A stretch of 64,000 nt of DNA from a candidate division WOR-3 bacterium (GCA_039802205.1 JBDRWD010000004.1:11229-75228), one strand, 5' to 3'. Numbered from the stretch's first letter, positions 35,403 through 46,214 are shown. Notes: generated from the sequence alone by a model not told the origin. Translations and numbers: made by a program.

Positions 35403-37643
35403 ATGGCTAACAGTGATATTGAATTTAAAAAATTGGTCGTCGAGGAGTATTTAAAAAACGGTTCTTTAAGAAGGACCGCAAAAAACTTCGGGATTCATTA
35501 TTTAACGCTTTATCGATGGGTAAAAGTTTATAAAGTATTAAAAGACCGCTTTTTCGTATCCGCTTATAAAATTCCCTGGAATAAGACAAAAGAAACATTG
35601 GAAAAAGAGATTGTATTTTTGAAAGAAAAGAACCCCAATATTACTATAAAAAATACCCAGGAGGTTTTGAGAAAAAGAGGGATTAAGGTCTCTTGCCATG
35701 CAATCTGGTCAATATGGAACCGCTATGGCTATGCGGGAGCCACGAAAAAGACATCCGAGATCAATGACAACCATCCAGGTATCAGTGCCAATGAGATACA
35801 ACAAAAATTGGCATTAGCATCAAAACTATTCAATGACGGAAAGATCAGAGAAGCAGCAGAGATTTTAAATAGTGTACCTCTTCTACCTAAAAACCAATTA
35901 TTGACTAAAATCCCGGACCAATTTTTGAGTCTGCCGCGGCGCCTGGAAAAAAATCTTGCGCTATTTGGAAAGATTCCGATTGAAGAAAATTTAAAAAGGA
36001 TGGATAGTTTATATAACGAGGCGAAGAAAAAAAGTTTATTCTATTTAGCAATTCGGGCTGGTTTGGCAGAACTTGCTTTGCTCTCCTGGAAGGGCGATCT
36101 GGTAAACCAGCAAAAGATTTTAAAAGAATTAAAGAGTTTTTTTAAAATTAAGAAGAGAAAGAGAATTGCTGCTATGGAATTTAATCTTTTCTTCACCATT
36201 CTCATCGCCGAAGCCAATCTTTATATCGATCTTTTTAAAATTGACAAGGCATATTATCTCGCCCGAAACTGTCATTTAAGACTTAGACGGCGGAAAAACC
36301 AGGATTCTAATCTCATATTACACCTTGCCCGGCTCTATGTCCGTCTGGGTGAAATAAAAAAAGCGGAATACTGGTATCAACAGGCATTGGTTGGGATGTC
36401 GGATGAGCAAAAACGAGAGTTAAATGCACAATTAGCCCTGAATATTCATTTTATGAAGGGTGAATACAAACAGGCACTGGAGTTATGTAAGGATCCTAAC
36501 CTCCCGGAATGGATCCGCATGGCTCTTCCTTTAAGGTTTAAAAGTCTTTACTATTTAATCAAAGGAAATCCCAATCTTGCGATAGAAACTGCAACCAAGA
36601 GTTTGAATCTTTCAAAAGAGCAGGAATTGCCCCGTGATATATTTAATTCATATTTGACGATTGCTGCAGCGTTTAATGCTATGAACGAAAAAGATCGAGC
36701 AATGATGATTTTAAAGAATTTGAAAAGGTACATAGAAAAATTTAAGTTAACAGTCCAGAAAAAAATGTTACAAATAATTCTCAAAGAAAATTTAGGATTG
36801 TCCGATGGTTTTAATCTTCCGATTTTGAAAATTGGTTTACTTTTGCAAAAAAATAAATATAAGCAGGCATTACTTCTGGCAAGAAAGAAAGGGTTGATTA
36901 CAATCTTTTATCGTTATATATTCTTTATCTCCCAACCAATAACAGATCTATTGGCTAAAGGCAAAAGTACTGGATTGCCAAAATCAATATTAAAACTGCC
37001 GATATTCAACCAGGAGACAATCACCTTTTATGTAAAATTTATTGGACATCTTACCATAACAAGAAATCAAAAATCTATTAAAGTTAAATTAAAACCCAAA
37101 GATGCGGCGTTGTTGATACATCTAAGTCTTAAATTGAATACCCCGGATAGTTGTATCTATCTGGACGATTTATGCAGAAATTTCTGGCAAAATCAAAAGA
37201 CTGCACACCGAAATTTGTCTCATTCGTTGAATAGAATAAAAAAACAGTTAAATATCCCTGGTCATTATCTTGAAATGGGTTGCGAGGCAGGTGTTTTTGG
37301 TCTGATAAATCGAAATTTATTCTTTCTTACCGACTATCAAGATATGTTACGGGCGTTATCACAGGCAAAAGCCTTAGCACGAGCCGGTGCGTGGGAACTT
37401 GCAAGAACTGAATACCTAAAGGCATTCGCACTATTCCGCGGCGAACCATTAAAAAAGAACTTCGACCAATGGTCGGTGGACTTAAGGTATAGAATTTTAA
37501 CCACGTTAGAGATTGAAGGCATTAATTTTGTCCGTGAATGCCTTGTACGGGGTGATAGAAATTCGGCTTTGAAAATATTAAAAAGAATTCTGAAGATGGT
37601 TCCGGATTCATTAGAGGCAAGAAAAATCCTCGCGAACCTGTGA
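35403..37643 (+). CDS. Multidomain transcriptional regulator: an N-terminal IS3-OrfA-like HTH, TPR-like repeats, and a C-terminal SARP-type winged helix with a BTAD domain.
   Basis: The N-terminus KKLVVEEYLKNGSLRRTAKNFGIHYLTLYRWVKVYK resembles the IS3 OrfA/HTH_28 helix-turn-helix. The C-terminus F.VKFIGHLTI...KLKPKDAALLIHLSL...NLSHSLNRIKKQL then FLTDYQDML..EYLKAFALFRGEPL...ILKRILKMVPDSLEA matches the OmpR-like plus BTAD architecture of AfsR/DnrI (SARP) regulators. Confidence 0.6.
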   Translation: MANSDIEFKKLVVEEYLKNGSLRRTAKNFGIHYLTLYRWVKVYKVLKDRFFVSAYKIPWNKTKETLEKEIVFLKEKNPNITIKNTQEVLRKRGIKVSCHAIWSIWNRYGYAGATKKTSEINDNHPGISANEIQQKLALASKLFNDGKIREAAEILNSVPLLPKNQLLTKIPDQFLSLPRRLEKNLALFGKIPIEENLKRMDSLYNEAKKKSLFYLAIRAGLAELALLSWKGDLVNQQKILKELKSFFKIKKRKRIAAMEFNLFFTILIAEANLYIDLFKIDKAYYLARNCHLRLRRRKNQDSNLILHLARLYVRLGEIKKAEYWYQQALVGMSDEQKRELNAQLALNIHFMKGEYKQALELCKDPNLPEWIRMALPLRFKSLYYLIKGNPNLAIETATKSLNLSKEQELPRDIFNSYLTIAAAFNAMNEKDRAMMILKNLKRYIEKFKLTVQKKMLQIILKENLGLSDGFNLPILKIGLLLQKNKYKQALLLARKKGLITIFYRYIFFISQPITDLLAKGKSTGLPKSILKLPIFNQETITFYVKFIGHLTITRNQKSIKVKLKPKDAALLIHLSLKLNTPDSCIYLDDLCRNFWQNQKTAHRNLSHSLNRIKKQLNIPGHYLEMGCEAGVFGLINRNLFFLTDYQDMLRALSQAKALARAGAWELARTEYLKAFALFRGEPLKKNFDQWSVDLRYRILTTLEIEGINFVRECLVRGDRNSALKILKRILKMVPDSLEARKILANL

Positions 37644-37991
37644 TTTCTCTGGGTCCACTCCACTTTTTGTCAAATCATTTTTATGCGCTGGATTATTAGA
37701 TGTAGCCGCACCCTTCAGGGTGCGAGATACCTTGGGATTTAAAAAAATTATCCGCAGTCTAAAGCCTGCGCCTACCATTTACCGGTTACCACCCAAGAAT
37801 TTCAAATTTATGCAAGGCAAAAGCCTTGCCCTACAAAAGTACCCAGCGCTAAATCATTGATTACCCTTACAAATTTTATCCATGAGTTTCATCGCTCCTT
37901 CATGAGATATAAAAAAATATGGATAGGGCTTAGATGATTTCTTCCTTGACAAATCGCTATTTTTATTTAAAATTATATAACTATTCCATTT

Positions 37992-38855
37992 ATGGACATT
38001 AATCAATATCTTACCGAGAAGAAACAGTTGGTGGATGCGGCGCTGAAAAAATACTTCAGTGATCGTAACCAATTTTTTGAAGTTATGTATTACTCACTTG
38101 ACCGGGGTAAGAGGATAAGACCCATCTTAACTATTGCCAGTTATGAGGCAAATGGAGGCACCAATGTTGAGGAGATAATGTCTATTGCCTGTGGTCTGGA
38201 ATTGATTCATACCTACTCGCTTATCCATGATGACCTTCCCGCAATGGATAATGATGATTACCGCCGGGGTAAGGAATCTGCCCATAAAAAATTCGGTGAA
38301 GCAATGGCTGTGCTTTCTGGGGATGGATTATTTGCCTATGCTTTTGAATTGTTCACCGAGTCAGAAGACCATCTTAAAGAGCGCTATCGGGTGATAAAAG
38401 AAGTAAGCCTGGCGGTTGGGCCTAAGGGGGTAGTTTATGGCCAGGTGCTGGATATCCAATCCCATCCTGAAATCAATCCAAAGATGTTGCGTCAGATTCA
38501 TCTTAATAAAACCGCTAAATTCATTGCGTTGGCGATAAAAGCTGGCGCAATTATGGCCCAAGCTCCTGAAGCACGCATAAGAATTCTGGAAAAAGGAGGA
38601 GTATATCTAGGGATATTATTTCAATATACCGACGATATTCTTGATGTAACCGGCAAAAAAGAAAAATTGGGCAAAACGCCCCAAAAGGATATTCTCCAAG
38701 AAAAACTCACTGCCCCAAGAGTTTATGGACTCTCTGGTGCTCGATTCCGTGCGCAAAGATATGCCTGCCTGGCAAAGAATACTTTTAACCAATTGGGCAA
38801 GAATTTTGAGATATTCAGTGCGCTCACGGATTTTGTCCTGAATCGGTCGTTTTAA
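37992..38855 (+). CDS. Polyprenyl diphosphate synthase (FPP/GGPP synthase family).
   Basis: First Asp-rich motif LIHDDLPAMDNDDYRRG and second Asp-rich motif QYTDDILD. Confidence 0.9.
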   Translation: MDINQYLTEKKQLVDAALKKYFSDRNQFFEVMYYSLDRGKRIRPILTIASYEANGGTNVEEIMSIACGLELIHTYSLIHDDLPAMDNDDYRRGKESAHKKFGEAMAVLSGDGLFAYAFELFTESEDHLKERYRVIKEVSLAVGPKGVVYGQVLDIQSHPEINPKMLRQIHLNKTAKFIALAIKAGAIMAQAPEARIRILEKGGVYLGILFQYTDDILDVTGKKEKLGKTPQKDILQEKLTAPRVYGLSGARFRAQRYACLAKNTFNQLGKNFEIFSALTDFVLNRSF

Positions 38856-38916
38856 CATGCAAAACAGGCCATTTCCTTACTATAAATTGAACGTATAATT
38901 TTTATCAAATTCCACA

Positions 38917-40776
38917 ATGGCCCTCCTTGAAAAGATAAACGGACCTGCAGATTTAAAGAAATATCCGGTTGAGCAACTCCAGGTGCTTGCCCGGGAGATA
39001 AGAGAGGAAATCATAAAAACCGTATCTCAAAATGGAGGGCATCTGGCACCTTCACTCGGGGTTGTGGAATTGACGCTGGCAATTTATCGGGTTTTTGATG
39101 CCGAAAGAGATAAAATAATCTGGGATGTGGGACACCAGACCTATGCCCAGAAGTTGATCACGGGAAGAAGAGATAAATTCCACACCTTGCGCACATATAA
39201 TGGGATTAGCGGATTTCCCAAACGCGAAGAGTCAAAATATGATCATTTCAATACCGGTCATTCTTCTACTTCGCTGTCGGCCGCTGCTGGTTTTGCCATT
39301 GCCCGGGATTTAAAAGGGGAAGATTATCATATCATCAGTGTTATCGGTGATGGTTCTCTGGGTGCAGGCATGGCATTTGAGGCTTTAAATCACATCGGAC
39401 AATTGAAAAAGGATGTTATCGTTGTTTTAAATGACAACGAGCGTTCGATCGGGGAGACGGTGGGAGCATTATCTCAGTATCTGACGAAGATTATAACAAC
39501 CCGCACTTATAACCGGTTCCGTGACGACCTTTGGGTTTTCTTAGGTAGATTTCCACCTTACATCCGTGATCGGGCTCGAAATCTTGCCAAAAGAATTCAG
39601 GAGGGTATGAAAGGTTTATATTCTCCATCGGTGATCTTTGAGGAACTTGGTTTTCGTTATATAGGACCTTTAAATGGTCATCAGTTGGGCGAATTGATTG
39701 ATACATTGTCACGGGTTAAAGAGATGCACGGACCCAGGTTGGTCCATGTGGTGACCAAGAAGGGGAAGGGATATAAGATTGCCGAAGAAGCACCCGAAAA
39801 ATTTCATGGCATTGGTCCATTTGATATTGCCACGGGCGAAGAAAAACAGAAACTCAATTCGTATACTAAAGTCTTTGGCGATGCCTTGGTGAAATTTGCG
39901 GAAAAGAACAAAAAAATTGTGGCGATTACCGCGGGGATGTGTTTGGGCACTGGTTTAAAAGAATTTTCATTAAAATTTCCGGAGCGGTTTTTTGATGTAG
40001 GTATCTGTGAACAACATGCGGTAACGATGGCTGCGGCACTGGCGCTTGAGGGCTATATTCCCGTTTGTGCAATATATTCGACTTTTCTCCAGCGGGCCTA
40101 TGACCAGGTTATACATGATGTTTGCCTTCAAAAGGCGCCTGTGATATTTGCGATTGATCGGGCCGGACTGGTCGGTGAAGATGGTCCTACTCATCACGGT
40201 CCGTTTGACCTTTCTTTTCTAAGTTGTATACCCCATATGGTAATAAGTGCACCGAAAGATGGGGCAGAACTGGTCGCCCTGTTGAAGACCGCGATTGAGT
40301 ATCGTGAAGGTCCTTTTGCCATTCGCTATCCCCGCACTTCGTGTTCCTTACCGGAGAGTTCAGATATCCAGACTGTGGAAATTGGAAAATGGGAAATTCT
40401 CCATCCGGGACAGGAATATGCCATTATTGCCTGCGGGACGATGGTCAAAACAGGTCTGGAGACAATAAAATTATTAAAGAAAAATAGAATAAATCCTTAT
40501 CTCATCAATGCTCGTTTCGTTAAACCCCTTGATTTTGAAATGCTTGATACACTGATTGCAAAATTAAAGTCAGTTTTTGTTCTTGAAGAAAATTCTTTCA
40601 TAGGTGGTTTAGGAAGTGCTGTGGCGAATTATCTGGTAAATAACAAATTGCCGGTTAAAGTCCACACCATTGCCCTGCCAGATCGTTTTATACCTCACGG
40701 ATCAAGGGAAGTTTTACTCAAGGTGGTTGGGCTTGACAGTGAGACTATAGCAGATAAAATTATGAAATCGTTATGA
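38917..40776 (+). CDS. dxs: 1-deoxy-D-xylulose-5-phosphate synthase.
   Basis: The TPP-binding region GHSSTSLSAAAGFAIARDL...GDGSLGAGMAFEALN is present, with a transketolase-like C-terminus. The length of 619 aa fits. Confidence 0.95.
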   Translation: MALLEKINGPADLKKYPVEQLQVLAREIREEIIKTVSQNGGHLAPSLGVVELTLAIYRVFDAERDKIIWDVGHQTYAQKLITGRRDKFHTLRTYNGISGFPKREESKYDHFNTGHSSTSLSAAAGFAIARDLKGEDYHIISVIGDGSLGAGMAFEALNHIGQLKKDVIVVLNDNERSIGETVGALSQYLTKIITTRTYNRFRDDLWVFLGRFPPYIRDRARNLAKRIQEGMKGLYSPSVIFEELGFRYIGPLNGHQLGELIDTLSRVKEMHGPRLVHVVTKKGKGYKIAEEAPEKFHGIGPFDIATGEEKQKLNSYTKVFGDALVKFAEKNKKIVAITAGMCLGTGLKEFSLKFPERFFDVGICEQHAVTMAAALALEGYIPVCAIYSTFLQRAYDQVIHDVCLQKAPVIFAIDRAGLVGEDGPTHHGPFDLSFLSCIPHMVISAPKDGAELVALLKTAIEYREGPFAIRYPRTSCSLPESSDIQTVEIGKWEILHPGQEYAIIACGTMVKTGLETIKLLKKNRINPYLINARFVKPLDFEMLDTLIAKLKSVFVLEENSFIGGLGSAVANYLVNNKLPVKVHTIALPDRFIPHGSREVLLKVVGLDSETIADKIMKSL

Positions 40777-43700
40777 TATTTTTTGTCATCTTTGTTTTCA
40801 ACCAATTCACTATGCCCTACGAAACAAAAGCCTTTATTACTTCTGATGGCGAATACATAGTATATCTCCGCTATTATCAAGGGGAATTTATTGGGATTGA
40901 CAGTATTATTCCCGTAAATGACTACTTTGCTATCGGTTTGAAAAAGAAAAATCAAAAAATGATGCTCAAAGAATTACAAAGTGATTTGATGAAGAAAGGG
41001 GGTTACGCAAATAAAGGATTGTTTGGAACCATCGAGATACCTTTGCCCAAGGGCGGTTTTAGCGACTTTATGGGTGAAACCGGAAAACTTGATGTGGGTG
41101 GTTACATTAAAATCACACTGGGGGGCACGGAAACCTTTTATTCTAATCTGCCAGCGGAACAACAGCGACCTTCACTTCTGCCGGAATTAAAAATGGAACA
41201 GGAAATGGCGGTAAATCTTGATGGCGAAGTTGGTGACCGTATGCGGGTTTTCATTGACCACAATTCTACAAGAGTTGACGAAACTCAAAATAAGATTCGT
41301 GTTACCTATAAAGGAAAAGAAGACGAAATACTTCAGGAACTCGAAGGAGGTGATACTCAACTATCAATTCCCGGCACAAGTTACACAGGTGATATTCCAG
41401 CACACCAGGGATTGTTTGGTTTAAAATCCACCGCCAAGTTGGGACCGGTGGATATCGTGGCAATTGCATCCCGGGAGCAAACCCAGTACAGTGAACAGGA
41501 GATCACCGGGGGCATTGAAAGTATGTATGATACAATCTGGTCTAAAGATTATGCTAAGCGACAATTCTTCTGGCTGGGGACAACTGACTCCATTATTGAA
41601 CTGAGGGTTTATATCGATGATGGAAATAACGCGAACAATAATAATGGGATTACGCGCTATGCCCGGGTGTATCTTGACCTGAACGATGATAATGTCCCCG
41701 ATGATACTCTGGAAAAAGAAGAAGGTTTTTTCACCTTGAAATACGAAGGTTTAGAACAGGATTATCAGTTTTTTGGGCGCCGGGTCAATATCATTGAGTT
41801 AAAAAATGGACTTTATAATAATCTGGAGGCATTGGGAGTTTACTACCGTAAGATCAACAGTCTGGGGCAGGAAGATACGGTGGGTTTCATTGGCGCGGAC
41901 ACATTGTGCTTGAAACTGATCTGTCCACGAACCTCACGGGTGACTTCACTAGCCTGGCGCAATTATGAGTTAAAAAACTATTATCCCGTTGCCAGTCCAG
42001 GGGAGAAGGTTGACACCCTAATGATTTATCACGATGTTGGGAGTGGTATTGATGAATACATCTATCAAGGGCGCACCCTGTTGTCGATACTCGGACTGGA
42101 TAAGGACAACAACAACGAGGTAGATCCCTATGGAGGATTTGGCAGTGGAGGATACGATTTAAACCGCGGGCTGCTTATTTTTCCAGAACCAATGCCGTTT
42201 GTGAATAGCGGACTGCCTGAGCCTGATTCCGAGGTTTACACTAATCCGTTTTATTCTATCCATCGCGGTAAGTACTACATCTACACTAAAACCTTTCAGG
42301 TAAAGAAAACTTTCCCTATCCCATTCAACACCAAACATGTGCGAGTTTATGTCAATGATGTAGAACTTGATCCTGCGGAATACATCGTGGACTACGATAT
42401 GGGAAAAGTTGAAATTATGAGGCCCATCTCGCGTACCGACCGCGTCCGGATACAGGCAGAATACAGCGCGCCTTTTTCCGCGACACAAAAAAGCCTAATC
42501 GGTATGCGGGCAAATTCGAAAATCTTCGGGGAAGGAAGCATTGGTTCTTCTTTTTTCTACCGGACCGAGTCCTATCAAATGGCACCATACGAGCATATCC
42601 GCTTTAACGAGGAGCCTTCCAATCGGATGGTCTGGGAGATGGATTTTGCCGTTCCAGGTAAAATCCCTTATTTAACGGAATTTATTGATAATCTGCCTTT
42701 GGTACAAACCGAAGCCGAATCAAAATTCAATATCAATTTTGAAGGGGCATATTCATTCTCTAATATCAACTCCCGGAATGCTGTATATCTTGATGATTTT
42801 GAGGCTACCTCCATTAATTATTCAGCGGTTTTATCAAAGAGTTATTGGTATCCCTGTTCTAAACCGGTGAATTGCGATACAAGCAATTTTGCCCGGAGAC
42901 GTCTGATCTGGTTTACACCTACCGGTGGTAATGTTTTTAAAATGGAAGATATTTATAATAATCCTACCGATCCCCAAGCGATTGCCGAGGTTTTACAAAT
43001 TCAGTTCACTCCGGATAACAGACAATCGTTTGCCGGCTTAACCCAATACCTAACAAGTGTGAATCTCGACGAATGTGAGAATATTGAATTGATCATAAAT
43101 GGCAGTGGAGGGAAGGTCCACATCGATGTTGCTGAGGAAATCAGCGAAGATCAGTTACGGCGCAACAAAAAAGGTGAAATTGTTGGATTGGGCACCTTTG
43201 AAGATGAAGATAACAATCCACGCAATTTTTCTTGGGATGCGAATAATGAAGATCGGGGATTGGATAATGTTTTTGGTAATGATGCTGATAATGTCCCCGG
43301 AGATGATGGTAATGATGATTATATTGAAAATGACTATTATCACGGCGGCATAAATGGGACAGAAAAGAACAGGATCTGGGATACCGAAGATATTGATCGG
43401 AATGGCATTTTTAATCTCAGCACAAATATTTACTACAGTTTTTCAGTACACCTGGATTCGAGCCGATATCTGGTAGAAGGGGGATTGAAAAACAACTGGA
43501 AGATGTTTCGGATACCATTGAAAGATTCCCTGGCCCGCGATACCGTCTTTGGTCTTCCTAACTGGCAGAATATTAAATTTGTCCGTATCTGGTTTGATGA
43601 TTTTACTGCGCCCCAGACCATTTATCTTCATAAACTTAATTTTACGGGCAGTCGCTGGAAGAATTATGGTGTAGTATCTGAAGATTCGCTCAATCCGGTG

Positions 43701-46214
43701 GATACCACGGAAAAATTTATCATTACCCCGGTGAATACCGAAACTCACACCTATTATAAACCGCCCTATCCCTTACCTATTGATCCTTTTACAGGGAAAA
43801 CGATTAATGAAGGGGGATTAGAATTAACCCTTCATGAGGTGAAAAAAGGTCATACCTGTATTGCCTACCGGCGTATTGAAACTCCGGAGGATTACCGCGG
43901 ATACGACACTTTGATTTTTTATTTTCGTACTCTTCATTCCAACCCGCAAATCGCCTTGCGTTTCGGTTCGGATTCAATGAATTATTATGAATACCGGACC
44001 GATTACGATGCTGGAGCAGTGGAATATAATAACTGGCGCAAATACCAGGTTGTTATAGCTCATTTCCCGGAACTGAAAAAGAAGACAGGCGGCATGGGCA
44101 TACTCACCGAAGGGAATTATACAGTCTCCGGCAACCCCTCACTGCAAAGTAATAGATTTTTTGAAATAAGGATTACCAATAATTTTACCACTTCCCTTTC
44201 TGATACAATGTGGTTCAATGATATAAAACTTTCTTCGCCGAAGAATGAAGTGGGTCGAATAATGAGATCCAGTGGTTTTTTGAATATTGCCGACCTTTCC
44301 AACATTACTTTTTCCTATTCAGAATCTAATGGGCGATTCAGACGACTCTCCGAAGCAAGGGGAATTTCGGAGTCCGGCCCGGGCAAAAACTTTGCACTCA
44401 ACACCGGTCTGACATTAAATAAGTTTCTGCCGCAAGATTGGAATTTCAGCATTCCGATTAACTTTGGTTTTAATAGAAGTATTCAGGAACCGCGATATTC
44501 TTCATTTATTGCCAAGGATGTAGAACTGGATGATTCAGCACGAATGATGGAACGCGCAACCAGCACCATCGCGGGCTATAACCTGAGTTTTTCCAAATCC
44601 GGTTCAAAGAATTGGTTATTGAAATATACCCTGGATAATCTGAGGTTATCCCACGATCGGACGGTTTCCACCTCAAATACTGCGCCGCAAATTGATACCA
44701 CCGATTTTAGAAATTACCATGGTGAATACAGCCTCAGCCCTAAATTGTCACTCAAACTGCTAAGACAAAAAATCGAACTTCTGCCGCAGACAATGTCCTT
44801 TACTTCTTCTTATACCGATAATCGAGCAAAAAGGTATGTTCGGGATAGTCTTAATCAACCCTACGAAATCAGCCCTGGTTATCCTCAACGTCGGAGAACA
44901 TTGAGCCCTGGTTTCTCAGTAAGTTATTCTCCACACCAGATTATTTCAACTTCTTATTCCTTTTCTCAAATTCGTGACTCAGTATCCCAGAAATGGCGGT
45001 TCGGTGATGAAGTCAGCCGAAATCAGACATTCAATAGTCGCATTGCCAAAGAACTGTTAATAGTCAATCCCTCACTCCAGTTCAGTTCCAGTTATAATGA
45101 GGACCATCGTTTTGAATGGCGCCATCCTTATGACCGTCGGGGCGTGAATAACAGCTCCAATATCAGTCTTTCTACCACCGCTGATATTAAAAAGGTTATC
45201 AAATTCTTTACCCATCTTCGGGATGAAACAAAAGATAGCCTCCAGCTGCCTGGTTCTCCTTTGTGGATTGTAAAACAGATAGAAACATTTGTCGATTTCA
45301 TTCAGAATCCAAGTTTTGGTTTTTCGCGGAGCCGTGCCTCTGGTTATTCCACGCTCGTCCGACCAGATTTTAGGTACCAATGGGGATTAGTCGATACAAT
45401 CCCGGTAGCACAACAGGATTCTAATAGTTATGGCACCCGGAACATTTCGGATAATTTTAATGTAAACTCTGGAATAAACTACGCAATTTTGAGTTTGACC
45501 GGGAGTTATACCAAACAGTTGACCCGCAGTTTCACCTATAGCGGTATGGAGAATAAAAATGTGAGTGAATCATATCCCAACGCCAGTTTACGGATCTCCC
45601 GGGTGGAGAGAATCCCTTTCTTAAAAGAGTATGCCTACACTTCCTCCGTGAACTTAGGTTTTAACCAAAATCTGATACGTCTTTATCAGAGAACGGCTGA
45701 TACCCTGGAACGGTTGATCTCGGATAGTCGAGTTCTTTCATTTAATCCACTGCTGGGCTGGCAAACGAACTGGAAACGCGGAATTACCAGCAATGCCAGC
45801 ATCAGTTATTCTGAAACGATGGGGCATCAATATTCAGACCTTTTTATTAATCCCTCCAAATCAATCAATTGGAGCGGTTCTCTTTCTTTAGCCTATACCT
45901 TTAGTGCCCCCAAAGGGTTGGCGATCCCGCTCCTCCAAGGTATCAGGTTTGCTTCAAATCTAACTACCAATCTCACCTATAGTTATAATCGAAACATCTC
46001 TTATGCCGCTTCGGTGGAAAATCCCAATTATTTGGATACCAGGACCCCAGTGGTTGATAATACCACCAGCAACATTGATATTTCTTTAAGTTATAATTTT
46101 TCGACGAGCGTCACCGGTGGTGCTAATCTCAATTATTCGCGGAATCAGGACCGAATTTATAATAACAGTTATCGGCGGATAGGTGTAAACATATGGGCAA
46201 ATATCAATTTTTAA
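40773..46214 (+). CDS. Giant (1813-aa) outer-membrane beta-barrel protein, candidate SprA/Sov-like T9SS translocon.
   Basis: It has a hydrophobic N-terminus. The last roughly 900 aa are rich in S/T/N/Y with alternating amphipathic beta-strand patterns and end in a classic OMP beta-signal, ...RIGVNIWANINF (terminal Phe). There is an acidic D/N-rich segment at about 43200-43340. The size class and the context (T9SS cargo, PorX/PorY-like genes, a glutaminyl-cyclase-like gene next door) fit SprA. Assignment by homology is not verifiable here. Confidence 0.5.
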   Translation: MIFFVIFVFNQFTMPYETKAFITSDGEYIVYLRYYQGEFIGIDSIIPVNDYFAIGLKKKNQKMMLKELQSDLMKKGGYANKGLFGTIEIPLPKGGFSDFMGETGKLDVGGYIKITLGGTETFYSNLPAEQQRPSLLPELKMEQEMAVNLDGEVGDRMRVFIDHNSTRVDETQNKIRVTYKGKEDEILQELEGGDTQLSIPGTSYTGDIPAHQGLFGLKSTAKLGPVDIVAIASREQTQYSEQEITGGIESMYDTIWSKDYAKRQFFWLGTTDSIIELRVYIDDGNNANNNNGITRYARVYLDLNDDNVPDDTLEKEEGFFTLKYEGLEQDYQFFGRRVNIIELKNGLYNNLEALGVYYRKINSLGQEDTVGFIGADTLCLKLICPRTSRVTSLAWRNYELKNYYPVASPGEKVDTLMIYHDVGSGIDEYIYQGRTLLSILGLDKDNNNEVDPYGGFGSGGYDLNRGLLIFPEPMPFVNSGLPEPDSEVYTNPFYSIHRGKYYIYTKTFQVKKTFPIPFNTKHVRVYVNDVELDPAEYIVDYDMGKVEIMRPISRTDRVRIQAEYSAPFSATQKSLIGMRANSKIFGEGSIGSSFFYRTESYQMAPYEHIRFNEEPSNRMVWEMDFAVPGKIPYLTEFIDNLPLVQTEAESKFNINFEGAYSFSNINSRNAVYLDDFEATSINYSAVLSKSYWYPCSKPVNCDTSNFARRRLIWFTPTGGNVFKMEDIYNNPTDPQAIAEVLQIQFTPDNRQSFAGLTQYLTSVNLDECENIELIINGSGGKVHIDVAEEISEDQLRRNKKGEIVGLGTFEDEDNNPRNFSWDANNEDRGLDNVFGNDADNVPGDDGNDDYIENDYYHGGINGTEKNRIWDTEDIDRNGIFNLSTNIYYSFSVHLDSSRYLVEGGLKNNWKMFRIPLKDSLARDTVFGLPNWQNIKFVRIWFDDFTAPQTIYLHKLNFTGSRWKNYGVVSEDSLNPVDTTEKFIITPVNTETHTYYKPPYPLPIDPFTGKTINEGGLELTLHEVKKGHTCIAYRRIETPEDYRGYDTLIFYFRTLHSNPQIALRFGSDSMNYYEYRTDYDAGAVEYNNWRKYQVVIAHFPELKKKTGGMGILTEGNYTVSGNPSLQSNRFFEIRITNNFTTSLSDTMWFNDIKLSSPKNEVGRIMRSSGFLNIADLSNITFSYSESNGRFRRLSEARGISESGPGKNFALNTGLTLNKFLPQDWNFSIPINFGFNRSIQEPRYSSFIAKDVELDDSARMMERATSTIAGYNLSFSKSGSKNWLLKYTLDNLRLSHDRTVSTSNTAPQIDTTDFRNYHGEYSLSPKLSLKLLRQKIELLPQTMSFTSSYTDNRAKRYVRDSLNQPYEISPGYPQRRRTLSPGFSVSYSPHQIISTSYSFSQIRDSVSQKWRFGDEVSRNQTFNSRIAKELLIVNPSLQFSSSYNEDHRFEWRHPYDRRGVNNSSNISLSTTADIKKVIKFFTHLRDETKDSLQLPGSPLWIVKQIETFVDFIQNPSFGFSRSRASGYSTLVRPDFRYQWGLVDTIPVAQQDSNSYGTRNISDNFNVNSGINYAILSLTGSYTKQLTRSFTYSGMENKNVSESYPNASLRISRVERIPFLKEYAYTSSVNLGFNQNLIRLYQRTADTLERLISDSRVLSFNPLLGWQTNWKRGITSNASISYSETMGHQYSDLFINPSKSINWSGSLSLAYTFSAPKGLAIPLLQGIRFASNLTTNLTYSYNRNISYAASVENPNYLDTRTPVVDNTTSNIDISLSYNFSTSVTGGANLNYSRNQDRIYNNSYRRIGVNIWANINF

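Noticed and set aside
35403-35540. IS3-family transposase OrfA, suggesting a mobile element
   Set aside because: Only the short N-terminal HTH resembles IS3 OrfA. It is fused in-frame to a 700-aa TPR/SARP regulator. There is no DDE transposase ORF, no terminal inverted repeats and no target duplication.
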